Origin: Flectonema sp. DT1601
Taxonomy: Eukaryota
Reading direction: 5' to 3'
Length of the DNA: 64,000 bases
Assembly (NCBI GenBank): GCA_964019425.1
Contig: OZ025791.1
Span: forward strand, 62,001 to 126,000
The notes under the pieces are model-generated. The model had not been told where the DNA came from. It was given only the letters and a program-made list of their open reading frames with translations, and did not search any database. Shown piece by piece: positions 50,013-59,824 of this stretch. The position numbers and the translations under genes are program-made. Position 1 is the first letter of the stretch. Every line of letters begins with the position of its first letter.

Positions 50013-50269
50013 TTTAGTAGACGACAGTAGCGTGCTGGAGATAACAAATATAAATTAATTACTAAACTGGGATTGCTTTTCAAATATTTCCTTCAGTCTG
50101 CTTCTGTAAAGAGCGACAAAGGTATCAAAGACAAACAAAGAGGCAAAAGTGTAAGTGAATACAAATTAAACCAAACAATCAGTTCCTTGACCATGGTGAA
50201 TAACTTAAATTAGGAATATCTGAATCCCATATGTAATTAGTATTAGCGGGGTTAACTTGATACTGTAAT

Positions 50270-52534
50270 TTATAGTTGGCAATCTTTGTGTATCGGCAAC
50301 TCTATCTTTACGAAAGAAGCGAGTGCAGACAAAAGTCTCCGTGGATGCTCATTTTCTAAAACTGTTGATTTTATTTCTGTTACAGGTATGCGAGCTTCGA
50401 TAAGTTGTAGAAGACTCTCGTAGTCTGTTGTAGTGTCTGAGATGCCGACTAGTTCTTCAATCCAAAGCTCGTCATTCGATTGAAGTCTGTCGTACTGTAA
50501 ACTGTAAATATCAAAATCCAGATTTGGATAAAATACAGAACTCACACGAAGAGCCATAATACAAGAATCAGCTTTCATACAAACTTTACAACAGACAACA
50601 GACGTTCCGCAATTATTAGTTTTGAGGACTTCCATCATTAAAGCTGCCTGTTCCATAGGAACACCAACTGCAGTGTGTCCTCTTATGGATGAACAGCCAA
50701 GATTCCCAAACGCAAGTTTGCCGCTCGAAATGGATGCCACTACTCCCAACTCGGGAGATTGCAGTACAACTCTCTTGCACATGGCCATCCCGGACTTCGC
50801 GTGAAGCGGAACAGCAGTCGCAGTATTCAACGCAACGACTACAACATCAGCAACAATTAAAATCGAGCAACCCGTCGCCACCTTTTCCACTGCGCCCAAG
50901 AATGTCGTCAGTGCGATATTCATCTTTCTATCTCGAGTTGAACAAAGTGCTTGGGCACGAAAGAAAATAACCGTTCCACTACTTGTTTTTAGCACAACTT
51001 TCGCACCAAAAGCCGCCGATCTCGTCGACACGGTCGAACCCGAGGATTCTGATCGAGAACCTGACTTTGGTGTGGTGTTGCTGTTGTTGCTGCGGTCTAA
51101 CAGATCGTTATTTTCTTTCATGAGATCTTGTCCTAAAAATACTGCTTTCGGAATGAATGGTTTGTATTCAAGCAGATTACTAGCAAGTTTGCGACAAACC
51201 TTATGAAGTTCATTAATCTCTGCCAGAATACTCCACTCTTGTTGAATGTCATCAACTTCCAAGAAAGCGCACTGCTCCAACTTTCCGATCATAACAATCA
51301 GCGGCTGCGTTAGAAAATAAGAAGCGATGATACTCACCACTAAACATGTGATGATCGTAAAAACTACGGCCATCAGAGAACGATCAACACCTGCTTCGAT
51401 CTCTCGGTAAACAATATTGCGAGGAAGTAACATGCAACCCATCAAACCCAATCCGTAATCGTCAGAAATCTGACGAACTAAAAAGAAATAGCGAACTCCA
51501 TCTACGGTAACAGTACGCGGCGTTTTGGGATGCCCGCCAGCAATAAGATCTTGTTCTAATAAATGACAACATCCTCTAATCACTTTATCTAAAGACGTCC
51601 AACAAGTCACACGCGGCGGAGAAACAGTAAAGACTGCATCAGGATGACCTACTCCCCCATGAGTTGCGCTAATTATCTTTTGATCTTCATTGAGAAGAAA
51701 TATTCGAGTTTCGTCTCGACTCTCGATGCTGGTGTTGGGATTTAATTTTGTACCCTCAGGTCGCACACCATGCAGAAGAGGTTGTAATCGAAGGAAGTCA
51801 ACACCCTTGTAATCCAAACCAATTAATTTCCCATCAGTTCCTCTAATAAAAGTTGCGAACACACGCAACAGTGGTGGAGGTACAGCTGCGCCCCAAATCG
51901 TAGCTCCCCAACTTGATTCTTGTCCAATTGCTGGTGAGAATGTTTTAAGCATGTTACCTTTCCTCCATATTTGCGGAACTACAAAGTACTTGTTTAGTAA
52001 AAGATTGTCAGGTGACAGATATAATGAACTGTCAGTTATCGAGTATTGAGAAGCATTGCATTCCTTACAAGGCATAAAGAAGTATTTGTGATCATCTATT
52101 GATGTGTTGTGTTGATTCTTAGTTCGGAAAATGATAAGCCACTCATTTTCATATTCGAAAATCCCAGCGTTTGTTATCATCGGAAATGATGTAATGCTGG
52201 TGAGTTGGTACCATGCGGTTCTGTTCATCGCTTCCCAAGTCAGTTTATCGCCTCCAGAACTTTTAACCGTCAAAGCAGCCAATGCAGCACCCTGCTTTGA
52301 CACACCAGGTATGTCATCCAATGCTGTCAAGACAGCTCGTCTCACGTGTGTTATCATTGCGATTGTAATCCTTTCTCCCAACTCTGCTGCAGCAGAATTA
52401 TTTGAAGCCCATAACATCCCTGCCGTAGTCAACACAGCCAGTAACACAAACGAGAATGAAATAACTATAGTCAGAGACCTTTGGGAGACCAGCCAACGCC
52501 ATGAACCTAGTTGGTCTTCCTTTCCCTTTTTCAT
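50270..52534 (-). CDS. Receptor-type degenerate adenylate/guanylate cyclase, 754 aa
   Basis: Long ORF with two TMs flanking a ~350-aa extracellular region, HAMP-like LTQPL..EINEL..EYKPFIP, and cyclase-like ISSGKLAFGNLG. Acceptor TTATTCTTTCAG upstream. Same architecture as 45228..47615. Confidence 0.85.
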   Translation of the reverse strand: MKKGKEDQLGSWRWLVSQRSLTIVISFSFVLLAVLTTAGMLWASNNSAAAELGERITIAMITHVRRAVLTALDDIPGVSKQGAALAALTVKSSGGDKLTWEAMNRTAWYQLTSITSFPMITNAGIFEYENEWLIIFRTKNQHNTSIDDHKYFFMPCKECNASQYSITDSSLYLSPDNLLLNKYFVVPQIWRKGNMLKTFSPAIGQESSWGATIWGAAVPPPLLRVFATFIRGTDGKLIGLDYKGVDFLRLQPLLHGVRPEGTKLNPNTSIESRDETRIFLLNEDQKIISATHGGVGHPDAVFTVSPPRVTCWTSLDKVIRGCCHLLEQDLIAGGHPKTPRTVTVDGVRYFFLVRQISDDYGLGLMGCMLLPRNIVYREIEAGVDRSLMAVVFTIITCLVVSIIASYFLTQPLIVMIGKLEQCAFLEVDDIQQEWSILAEINELHKVCRKLASNLLEYKPFIPKAVFLGQDLMKENNDLLDRSNNSNTTPKSGSRSESSGSTVSTRSAAFGAKVVLKTSSGTVIFFRAQALCSTRDRKMNIALTTFLGAVEKVATGCSILIVADVVVVALNTATAVPLHAKSGMAMCKRVVLQSPELGVVASISSGKLAFGNLGCSSIRGHTAVGVPMEQAALMMEVLKTNNCGTSVVCCKVCMKADSCIMALRVSSVFYPNLDFDIYSLQYDRLQSNDELWIEELVGISDTTTDYESLLQLIEARIPVTEIKSTVLENEHPRRLLSALASFVKIELPIHKDCQL

Positions 52535-52667
52535 TCCTTGTGTAAGTACCTCACTCTGAAAGAATAACTAAAAGACTAAAGTTTAGATGTTCGAACCCTA
52601 CTTATAAATGTGCAGTGCAATAAAGGTTAGAATTGGATGTGAAAACAAAACGTGGTATTCTTATAAT

Positions 52668-54047
52668 TTACCTCAAAAGGCAATCGATCGCTTGCAATGC
52701 TGTGAGACCACCTGACTTAATTCCGATAAATGTCTCTTTACCTTTAGATGATGATGGCAAGTCAGTGAGAGAAGAACTTCTCCCCAACCCAAAGTTGTAA
52801 GTCTTGTCACGATTTGGATGCTCTGGGTTTATACGAATTACTGTCGCATTGCCACCTACCTCCGTAATGGATTTACAAAACTCTCTAGTCAGGTTGCGGA
52901 TAGTTGTAACGTTTTTGCCAGCCCCGATTTCGACGACTACAAAATTAAAATCTTTTTTTTTAGAAACTTCTTCGGCAGCACTGACAATCGATTGCTTCCA
53001 ATTCCGAAACCGTTCTTCGCTGTCTTCGTCTTCAACACAATTCGAATCCGCAAACATTACAATTGCAGGTCTCATCGGACCGCAGCAAACCTTGCAATTC
53101 ATTTCTTTAATTTTCGACGATTCCGTCATTTGCTTCTCGCTATTGATGTTGAATCGAAGATCACTCGGCATTCTAACAATTCGCTTTACGCACGGCTTTG
53201 CGCACTGCCAGTAGTCAATGCTTCCATGAACTTCGTAAAGCTCGTTTTTTGAAAATCCCTCCCGACGAAAGTGACCGTCGACGTTAGAAGTCGCCAGATA
53301 GAAGTTGCCTTGACTGGCACAGCTCTGCTGTTTGTAGTCTTCTCCAAAGTTCGGCGGTTCGATATCATGAGGCACTCTCAACTCGTCTAAAAGTCGTCTG
53401 ATCTTTGGAAGCAGCGTCAGAATCTCACAATCTCGGGGCAAATTAACTCCTTTCTGTTTACTCGCTTCTCCATTTTCGACAGGTACAGGTGTTAGGAGAA
53501 GCCGTTTGCGCGCTTTATCGTTCGAGACGCTTGCAATCAGTGAAACTCTATCGGGGTCAGCTCCAGACTTTACGGAATATTGAACTACTCCAAGCCCACC
53601 TCCGTAGGCTAGTGAAATCTTATTATTTGTAACGACATCAGTGAATGTAACTGTCACAGTTTTTGCGAGAGCCACTGCGATGTCAGATGCGACAGAGTTC
53701 GGGGAATTCGATATTCTTTCTTTCCATTTCTTTAGAATTTCATAACCAGCGTGGGCAGGAGTCGATTTATATAAATTGTAACAGTGACACCAGAATCCAT
53801 AAAATAAGTTCTTGTTTCTCACTAACATCGATGGAGTTGAGAGAGCAACATAACTCAGTTCGTGTTTTGAGTAAAATGGATCACTCGCAATGTCATTGTA
53901 AACTGGCAATCCCGAATCAGCTGAAAAACCGGCGCCAGTGGAAACCAGCAGAACGGATGCCTCACTCAAAGCTTTGGCGGCTGCTTCACAGTTTGCACTA
54001 AAAAGATTGACATACTCGGCCTCAGCTTCTTCTCCCCCTCGTGGCAT
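52668..54047 (-). CDS. Sir2-family NAD-dependent deacylase with a large insertion, ~459 aa
   Basis: Motifs TGAGFSADSGLP, TSNVDGHF, EVHGS, Zn ligands CAKPC and CKVC, RPAIVMF, EIGAG, IRINP. Start placed at the first ATG after acceptor TTCTTTGACAG. Confidence 0.92.
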   Translation of the reverse strand: MPRGGEEAEAEYVNLFSANCEAAAKALSEASVLLVSTGAGFSADSGLPVYNDIASDPFYSKHELSYVALSTPSMLVRNKNLFYGFWCHCYNLYKSTPAHAGYEILKKWKERISNSPNSVASDIAVALAKTVTVTFTDVVTNNKISLAYGGGLGVVQYSVKSGADPDRVSLIASVSNDKARKRLLLTPVPVENGEASKQKGVNLPRDCEILTLLPKIRRLLDELRVPHDIEPPNFGEDYKQQSCASQGNFYLATSNVDGHFRREGFSKNELYEVHGSIDYWQCAKPCVKRIVRMPSDLRFNINSEKQMTESSKIKEMNCKVCCGPMRPAIVMFADSNCVEDEDSEERFRNWKQSIVSAAEEVSKKKDFNFVVVEIGAGKNVTTIRNLTREFCKSITEVGGNATVIRINPEHPNRDKTYNFGLGRSSSLTDLPSSSKGKETFIGIKSGGLTALQAIDCLLR

Positions 54048-54307
54048 TAGTTTCTCCAACTTCCAAAGACCCTGTCAAAGAAGTAAAGTAAACATTGATT
54101 TCCACATCGTACTGTTACTCACGTAACTGGGTAACGTCAGACAGAAATAAGAAGTAATCTAAAAGTGAAATAACTTATTCTGACGAAACTGTTCTGTTTT
54201 CACGTTGTCGGTAAAGCAACAAAATTAAGTGCGCTTGTTGTGCAAATATTAACGCCGCACCTCAATTTATGATGAGTTTCGGTGTCGCTAAATAAGCGGC
54301 TGAGTCA

Positions 54308-57300
54308 CTAAGATTGCGGAACGTGTGCCGGAGATCCCATTGGACGCTTTAAGATGCTGGCTTGAGGATGAGAGTGAATTGGAGCCTTGCTATCAACCGC
54401 ATCATCGGCAATTCGTGTTATTTTGTTAGTTTTCTTCTTCTTCTTCGGGATTTCCTCCGTAGGCTGCTGAACTCTGGTAGTCCGGTTGGCGAACTCTTTC
54501 TTTGGGTTATCTCTCGCGTGTTCAAACTTGGAAACCGACGCGAGTAAGCCACCAGGACTCCGAGTATTCTGTACCGTCAACTTGTGAGATCGTTTGTCAT
54601 CGACAGCTATCTCATCTCCTTGAAGAGTACAGCGATTGATGTCTCTTATTAGAATCTGTTTCCAGTCTTCAAGCCGCCTTCTAACTTCGTGCATGTGAGG
54701 ACGAATGTTTGAAGAAGAATTCAAAATGTGATTCATCGCCCCGACAGTTTCAGTTGCGTTAAGAGAAATCAGTTCCTGTAGGCTGAGCATTGCATTTCGA
54801 GCTTCGGGTAGCGGCTCTGCAGAAGTCTTCATTTGGTAGCAGTAACGCCGCAGGCAATAATTATTATTGTCGACAACACTCCCTTCTGTTACTTCGCACA
54901 AATTATTATTTTCGACAACACTCGCTTCCGATGCTTCGTCTAAAACTGGTGCAGATTCGCGGCAACTCGAACAGGGCATCCCTGCTACATCACTTCCATC
55001 AGCGCAACAATCACAAATTCCCAAACCTTGCTGCGCTGCTGCAACAGAAATCTCCAACTCCTCGTGAACGCTGTTACTCAAATCTAACGCTTCGCCAACC
55101 TTTGCGGTGTTTGTCCGAATCGATTGAACTTTCTTTACCTGCGACTGAATTTGCATCAAATTCTGAAGGATTCCAGAAGCCCATCTCGCCCCCTGATTGA
55201 CGGATTTATTTGATGCGCTGACCTCTCGTGAAGCCTTGTCGTAGATCTCATCAACGTCTTCGTATGTGAAAGGAATTCGATTCTTTTTTATGATGAAATT
55301 CAAAAAGTCATCCCTTGGCATTGGGGTATCTACATCAGGTGCGCTCGTATCACCAGGACGAGGGGTTTTAGTATCGTTTTGTAGTGCCTTGACTGCGTGG
55401 ATACAATTCTGAATGTAACGATTCTTACGCGACTCTTCGTCTTCTTCTTCATCATCTTCATCATCGATAAGATTGATTCCGGGATTCACTACGAGCACTT
55501 TTTTCCCAGCGCTAGAAGTTGTGGATTCTGTTCCGCTACGTGTGTTCTTAGTGACCTTATCTTGACGATCTAACTCTTTCAATACTTCTCTAGTGAGTAC
55601 GGGGTGTTGTTTAGTACTACCAGTTAGCTTTAGTTTTATACCACCGAATAGATTAATTAACCACTGCTTGAACGTCGACTGGTCTTGGTGTTGTGACGCG
55701 TCTTGAACTGAAGAGAAGGCACCCGTGATGATACCCAAAACCATATTCAAAAGGATTAACGACGCCAGAATGTAGTAGATGACAACTAACAGGCGAGTTT
55801 GCCAGCCGTAGAAGACGAGCATCTCATCGAACTGCGGAACCTCACCAGAAACTAACGTTCTCGTTAAGCTGCCGACCGCAAGCTGAAAACTGCGGAAGTC
55901 TTCGATAAAGTCTCCATAAAGAAAAGTAGCTGTCCAACCGAAACCAACGACAACTATGCAGGCGAGTAGAATAACACCAATCAGATCTCCAATAGCAGTC
56001 TTGATTGTTTCAGTTAAGATATTTAATCCCTCGTTGTATTGAATAAATGAGAACATTCTCAAATTAGAAAAAACAATACATCCAGCGCTCAGAGTCTTCC
56101 ATTGATCAAAGTTGTAAGCGTAACGGGAAAGACGATACCACGCAAGTAGCTCCTGAGAATGTTCAAATCGAGTGATCGGATCGAGTGTTGTGGTCTCTTG
56201 ATCAAGGAACTCTCTAGTGTAGTCTTCAGAGTAATAAGTATCATCAATTACCCACGATTGATACCAAAGAATAATTCTATAATAATAAGTAAGACAAAAC
56301 TGACACAACATAACACATTGAAATACTCCCCAAAGACCGAAACCTGCTGTCGGACCCAACAACTCTTTATCGTACTTCAGTCGGAAGATCAGAAATGTGA
56401 AATCACAAAGAACGTAAGCAACGATAAAGATATCACAACAAAAAACGACGTATCGCTCAAAGTTAAAAAAAGCCAAGTGATGGAACGGAATTGATTTGTA
56501 TGAAGACACAAAGTTATCAGTTGTTGTTCTCTCAACCAGCAATGAAATAAATACAAAATTACTATCCGCCTGATTGTAAGTTATTGTTTCTAACGCCACA
56601 GCGCGAGTTGCCTGGTCAATCCAAGCGTTCGTTTTTAACTTTAGTAAATGAGAAGTTATATTCGGAAAGTGTGCCTGATCAACAAATAATAACTCTGTGA
56701 AGGCTTTCTCAGGTGTCACGTAGCTCCCTAAAATCCCCGCAATTGGAATTGAATCAACGTATTGACCAGAAGGTTTATCAAGGTTACTAAGATAAAGAGG
56801 ATTATCTTTTGGATAAGGTTCAACTGATGCTGTCGCTCTAGTGTAGGGAGCGTAGCATTCGGTTGCAATAGTTTCGGTGTCGTTTACCATCTTCCGTTGT
56901 TCTGTATATCCGCAAGACGTTACTTTCACTCTAAACTGACGCAACACAAAAAGTCCGATTGGAATACCGACTTTGGACTCATCAACTGGCTGGTTAGTTG
57001 GTCCACTCCATGCCATGTTAGGTCCCCAACTTGCTTTGTCTTGTCTGAGTGTACCCGCAGGCCACGTTTGACGAACCGCATTCTCCAGCCACTCCCAGTA
57101 GCTCGAATACGTTGAAATCTCACTGAACGGAGTTTTCAAAGCGTCTTCCTCCCCCTCATCATTTGTTAACAACGTCGGGTTTAAGGCCCCTAATTCTAAA
57201 CGAGTACCCGCATCTCTAATATAAGTCACTGCAGACTCAGAATCCAACAGTTCGATTGAAACTTGAATCGCTAAAACAGTTAAGAAGATAACATAACTCG

Positions 57301-57520
57301 GTAGTATTCGATAATGTCTTCTTTTTAAAACATCTTTTTGTAGAAATTTCTGCAAATCTCCGATTGATATGTCTCTCTGAGACTTCTCATGATCTTGTTG
57401 AATATCTTCTGGAATGTCTTGCTCTCCCATTGTCCGCTCACTACGATCATCGAGTGAAAACGAGTCAGCAGCTGACAGCAGTGGCGCCTCCCTTTCTACA
57501 TCAGCTCGCTTAGTACTCAT
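54308..57520 (-). CDS. Polycystin-2 (TRPP/PKD2)-like cation channel, 1070 aa
   Basis: TOP-domain motifs LRQFRV and WIDQATRAVALETITYN, six TM segments, pore region LYGDFIEDFRSF..LVSGE, S6 LILLNMVLGIITGAF, long cytosolic tail. Confidence 0.92.
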   Translation of the reverse strand: MSTKRADVEREAPLLSAADSFSLDDRSERTMGEQDIPEDIQQDHEKSQRDISIGDLQKFLQKDVLKRRHYRILPSYVIFLTVLAIQVSIELLDSESAVTYIRDAGTRLELGALNPTLLTNDEGEEDALKTPFSEISTYSSYWEWLENAVRQTWPAGTLRQDKASWGPNMAWSGPTNQPVDESKVGIPIGLFVLRQFRVKVTSCGYTEQRKMVNDTETIATECYAPYTRATASVEPYPKDNPLYLSNLDKPSGQYVDSIPIAGILGSYVTPEKAFTELLFVDQAHFPNITSHLLKLKTNAWIDQATRAVALETITYNQADSNFVFISLLVERTTTDNFVSSYKSIPFHHLAFFNFERYVVFCCDIFIVAYVLCDFTFLIFRLKYDKELLGPTAGFGLWGVFQCVMLCQFCLTYYYRIILWYQSWVIDDTYYSEDYTREFLDQETTTLDPITRFEHSQELLAWYRLSRYAYNFDQWKTLSAGCIVFSNLRMFSFIQYNEGLNILTETIKTAIGDLIGVILLACIVVVGFGWTATFLYGDFIEDFRSFQLAVGSLTRTLVSGEVPQFDEMLVFYGWQTRLLVVIYYILASLILLNMVLGIITGAFSSVQDASQHQDQSTFKQWLINLFGGIKLKLTGSTKQHPVLTREVLKELDRQDKVTKNTRSGTESTTSSAGKKVLVVNPGINLIDDEDDEEEDEESRKNRYIQNCIHAVKALQNDTKTPRPGDTSAPDVDTPMPRDDFLNFIIKKNRIPFTYEDVDEIYDKASREVSASNKSVNQGARWASGILQNLMQIQSQVKKVQSIRTNTAKVGEALDLSNSVHEELEISVAAAQQGLGICDCCADGSDVAGMPCSSCRESAPVLDEASEASVVENNNLCEVTEGSVVDNNNYCLRRYCYQMKTSAEPLPEARNAMLSLQELISLNATETVGAMNHILNSSSNIRPHMHEVRRRLEDWKQILIRDINRCTLQGDEIAVDDKRSHKLTVQNTRSPGGLLASVSKFEHARDNPKKEFANRTTRVQQPTEEIPKKKKKTNKITRIADDAVDSKAPIHSHPQASILKRPMGSPAHVPQS

Positions 57521-57880
57521 TTATCCCAACAATTTACCTTTTCATTACTGACAGTGAGTCCTGTTGTTGGTTACAAATATTACTAACAAGTTCTGAGTAA
57601 CTCAACGGGTTGAAAAAACTAAAATTAAGTCACAACACACGAACAGACATTAAAGGTTAGTTTTGTCGAACACCATTTCTTTATGTCTGCTAATTGAAAA
57701 TATTGATTTGTCAAGAGTTCGAAAAAACAATTGAAAACGACGATTTTTCACGACAAGGATACAATCCAATAGTCAACCATCGACTGACGTATTCAGGTGG
57801 CTGATCCTTTTCTTAATTCTTTTACTCCCTCCTGTCGTGTCGTCTGACGGTCATCAATATAGGCTTTTCACTCATCAATT

Positions 57881-58951
57881 TTAGGTGTTAGACAGCCACC
57901 TTGTAGCGTGGAGGTCATTGTAGCCAAGCCCGAGAAGCTTTTCGAAAGCAGAAGCAAAGTTACCAAAGAAAATCGCCTCATTGTAAGCAAACGTTCGAAC
58001 AATTGAACTCAACGCAGGGTCTGCAAGTAACGCAATATCGATAGGAAGCATAGTCAGATCGCCATCCTTATTTTTGTAAACTGTTGGCTCGCCTGGATTG
58101 CTTTCGAGATGCCATTTGTTTTCAATGAGCTCAACAAAATAATCGCTATCAAAAACAAATCTTTTTGTTGAATGCTGACCGTCAACACCTGAAAAGTATT
58201 TATGAATTCCTCCAACAGTGTGACCACCCATCAGAGCTACCATTTCTGAACGGTTAAAACCGAGACGAGAGAAAGTATTTTTCAAGTGATTGACTCCCTT
58301 GTGTGGATCCGGCACCTTACCGAGAAGATCTTTTTTCTCCACGTCAAGAGGTCCATCTGTACGGCCATAGTGATAGGTGATTCGAGGACCTCCCAAATCT
58401 TCGACTGAAACACAGCCTGCGAGTGCAATTAAATCAGCCCAACTGATCTGATGTTTACTTTGAATATTCTTCAGAAGTTGAATAGAGCGTTCCATTCCTC
58501 TGTTGCAGGGAAGTCTGGAATAAATACAACCGCTATCAGCTAGGCATCCGTTGAGGCGACCAGTTCCATCATTTGAATATAAGCAACATGATTGCCAAGC
58601 AAGTCGAATAAAGATTGGAGCTGTTCCGTACTTTGTGTTGAGAATTCTGATATCCTCCGCAACTTCGGATACAGAAAAGGGAGCCAACCAGTCGCCCATG
58701 AGGATCTTAAAATCTTTGTACCCAATTGCAAGAATTCCAATAATCGGGATAATCATCCACAAAGTTGATTTACTTAAATCGATTTTCATATTTTCCTTTG
58801 ATGAACCTTTTTGTTCCTCTCCACTTTCCGTGTCCGGTTTGTTTACTTGAAATCTCCTTTGTCTAGACAGCACACAACCAACTTCACAAGTTCTCCGCAA
58901 CCCAAGTCTCGTTGTTCCCGCGATCCTCATGCGAGCCACCCTTCCCAACAT
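57881..58951 (-). CDS. Class I heme peroxidase family protein (APX/CCP-like), probable pseudoperoxidase, likely mitochondrial, ~356 aa
   Basis: Motifs APIFIRLAWQS, ISWADLIALAG, GRTD, ALMGGHTVG, FDSDYF, MLPIDIAL, AFEKL. Arg-rich presequence MLGRVARMR.. and one TM. The ATG directly follows CAG. Confidence 0.9.
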   Translation of the reverse strand: MLGRVARMRIAGTTRLGLRRTCEVGCVLSRQRRFQVNKPDTESGEEQKGSSKENMKIDLSKSTLWMIIPIIGILAIGYKDFKILMGDWLAPFSVSEVAEDIRILNTKYGTAPIFIRLAWQSCCLYSNDGTGRLNGCLADSGCIYSRLPCNRGMERSIQLLKNIQSKHQISWADLIALAGCVSVEDLGGPRITYHYGRTDGPLDVEKKDLLGKVPDPHKGVNHLKNTFSRLGFNRSEMVALMGGHTVGGIHKYFSGVDGQHSTKRFVFDSDYFVELIENKWHLESNPGEPTVYKNKDGDLTMLPIDIALLADPALSSIVRTFAYNEAIFFGNFASAFEKLLGLGYNDLHATRWLSNT

Positions 58952-59824
58952 CTGATGTGCCAATTCGGTAAGTTCTGAGCAGAGTGAGATGATAAGAAAG
59001 ACAAGCTTCAAAAAAGAAAATTAATCAGGTGACTCATCTTACGGTAAACACCCTCGAGGGGATACATCTACTCCGTTAGTGACAAACCAACAAATATATT
59101 AAAACACGATATCGGAAATAGCCTTCCTCATTGCAACTGTGAGGCGATCAGCAGCCCGCAGGGGGCCGACACCATCACAAGCTGCTGCTCTCATCTGATA
59201 AAGAAAATCAGAAATTATCAATAAAATAATTAAAAGAAAAACAAAACGATAAACAAATAAATACTCTATTATAGACCATTCTTTCATTTACTTGGAAATT
59301 AAGAATCCGTGTCTCACCGACAAAAGATACCAAAACAACTAAATAGAAACCTATTACAAGTCTAAACGTAACTCGAACAGAATCCAGAGATTCTCTTATC
59401 GCAATTCGATGTTGGTGTCAAGTGACACCTTCAGCAGGCTCGTTAGATTTGACGAAAAATAGAGCTGCGCGGATATTAAGAAATCTAAAAAAAAAGTAGA
59501 AAAAAGAAGAAATAATTAAAACTAGTTATGTCTGTTCAATAGAAGACTACACAGCACATAAAATATAAACACCGACAACTTGCTTTTGATACAACAGAAC
59601 GACAGATTACGGATAACTAATATTCTACGCTCTCTCAGCGGGGTGATAACTTATAAAGTACTCGACAATGATCACTCGAAGGTTTTTCGTTTTCAATCAG
59701 ATTTCGTACAATCATTTGGTCAGTTTGGTCACTCTGAGCACGTCAAGTAATGATCGCAAGACAACAGGGCGGGTTTCCTGATGAACATGTAATGAATTTC
59801 TTCCAACTTCCAACTGCGTTCACA

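Noticed and set aside
52535..52672. Possible cis-intron from the sirtuin stop (AG|GTAAAT) to the cyclase acceptor
   Set aside because: The sirtuin domain is already complete, the donor does not match the local GTDTGT pattern, and splicing would add only a short tail rather than a fusion.
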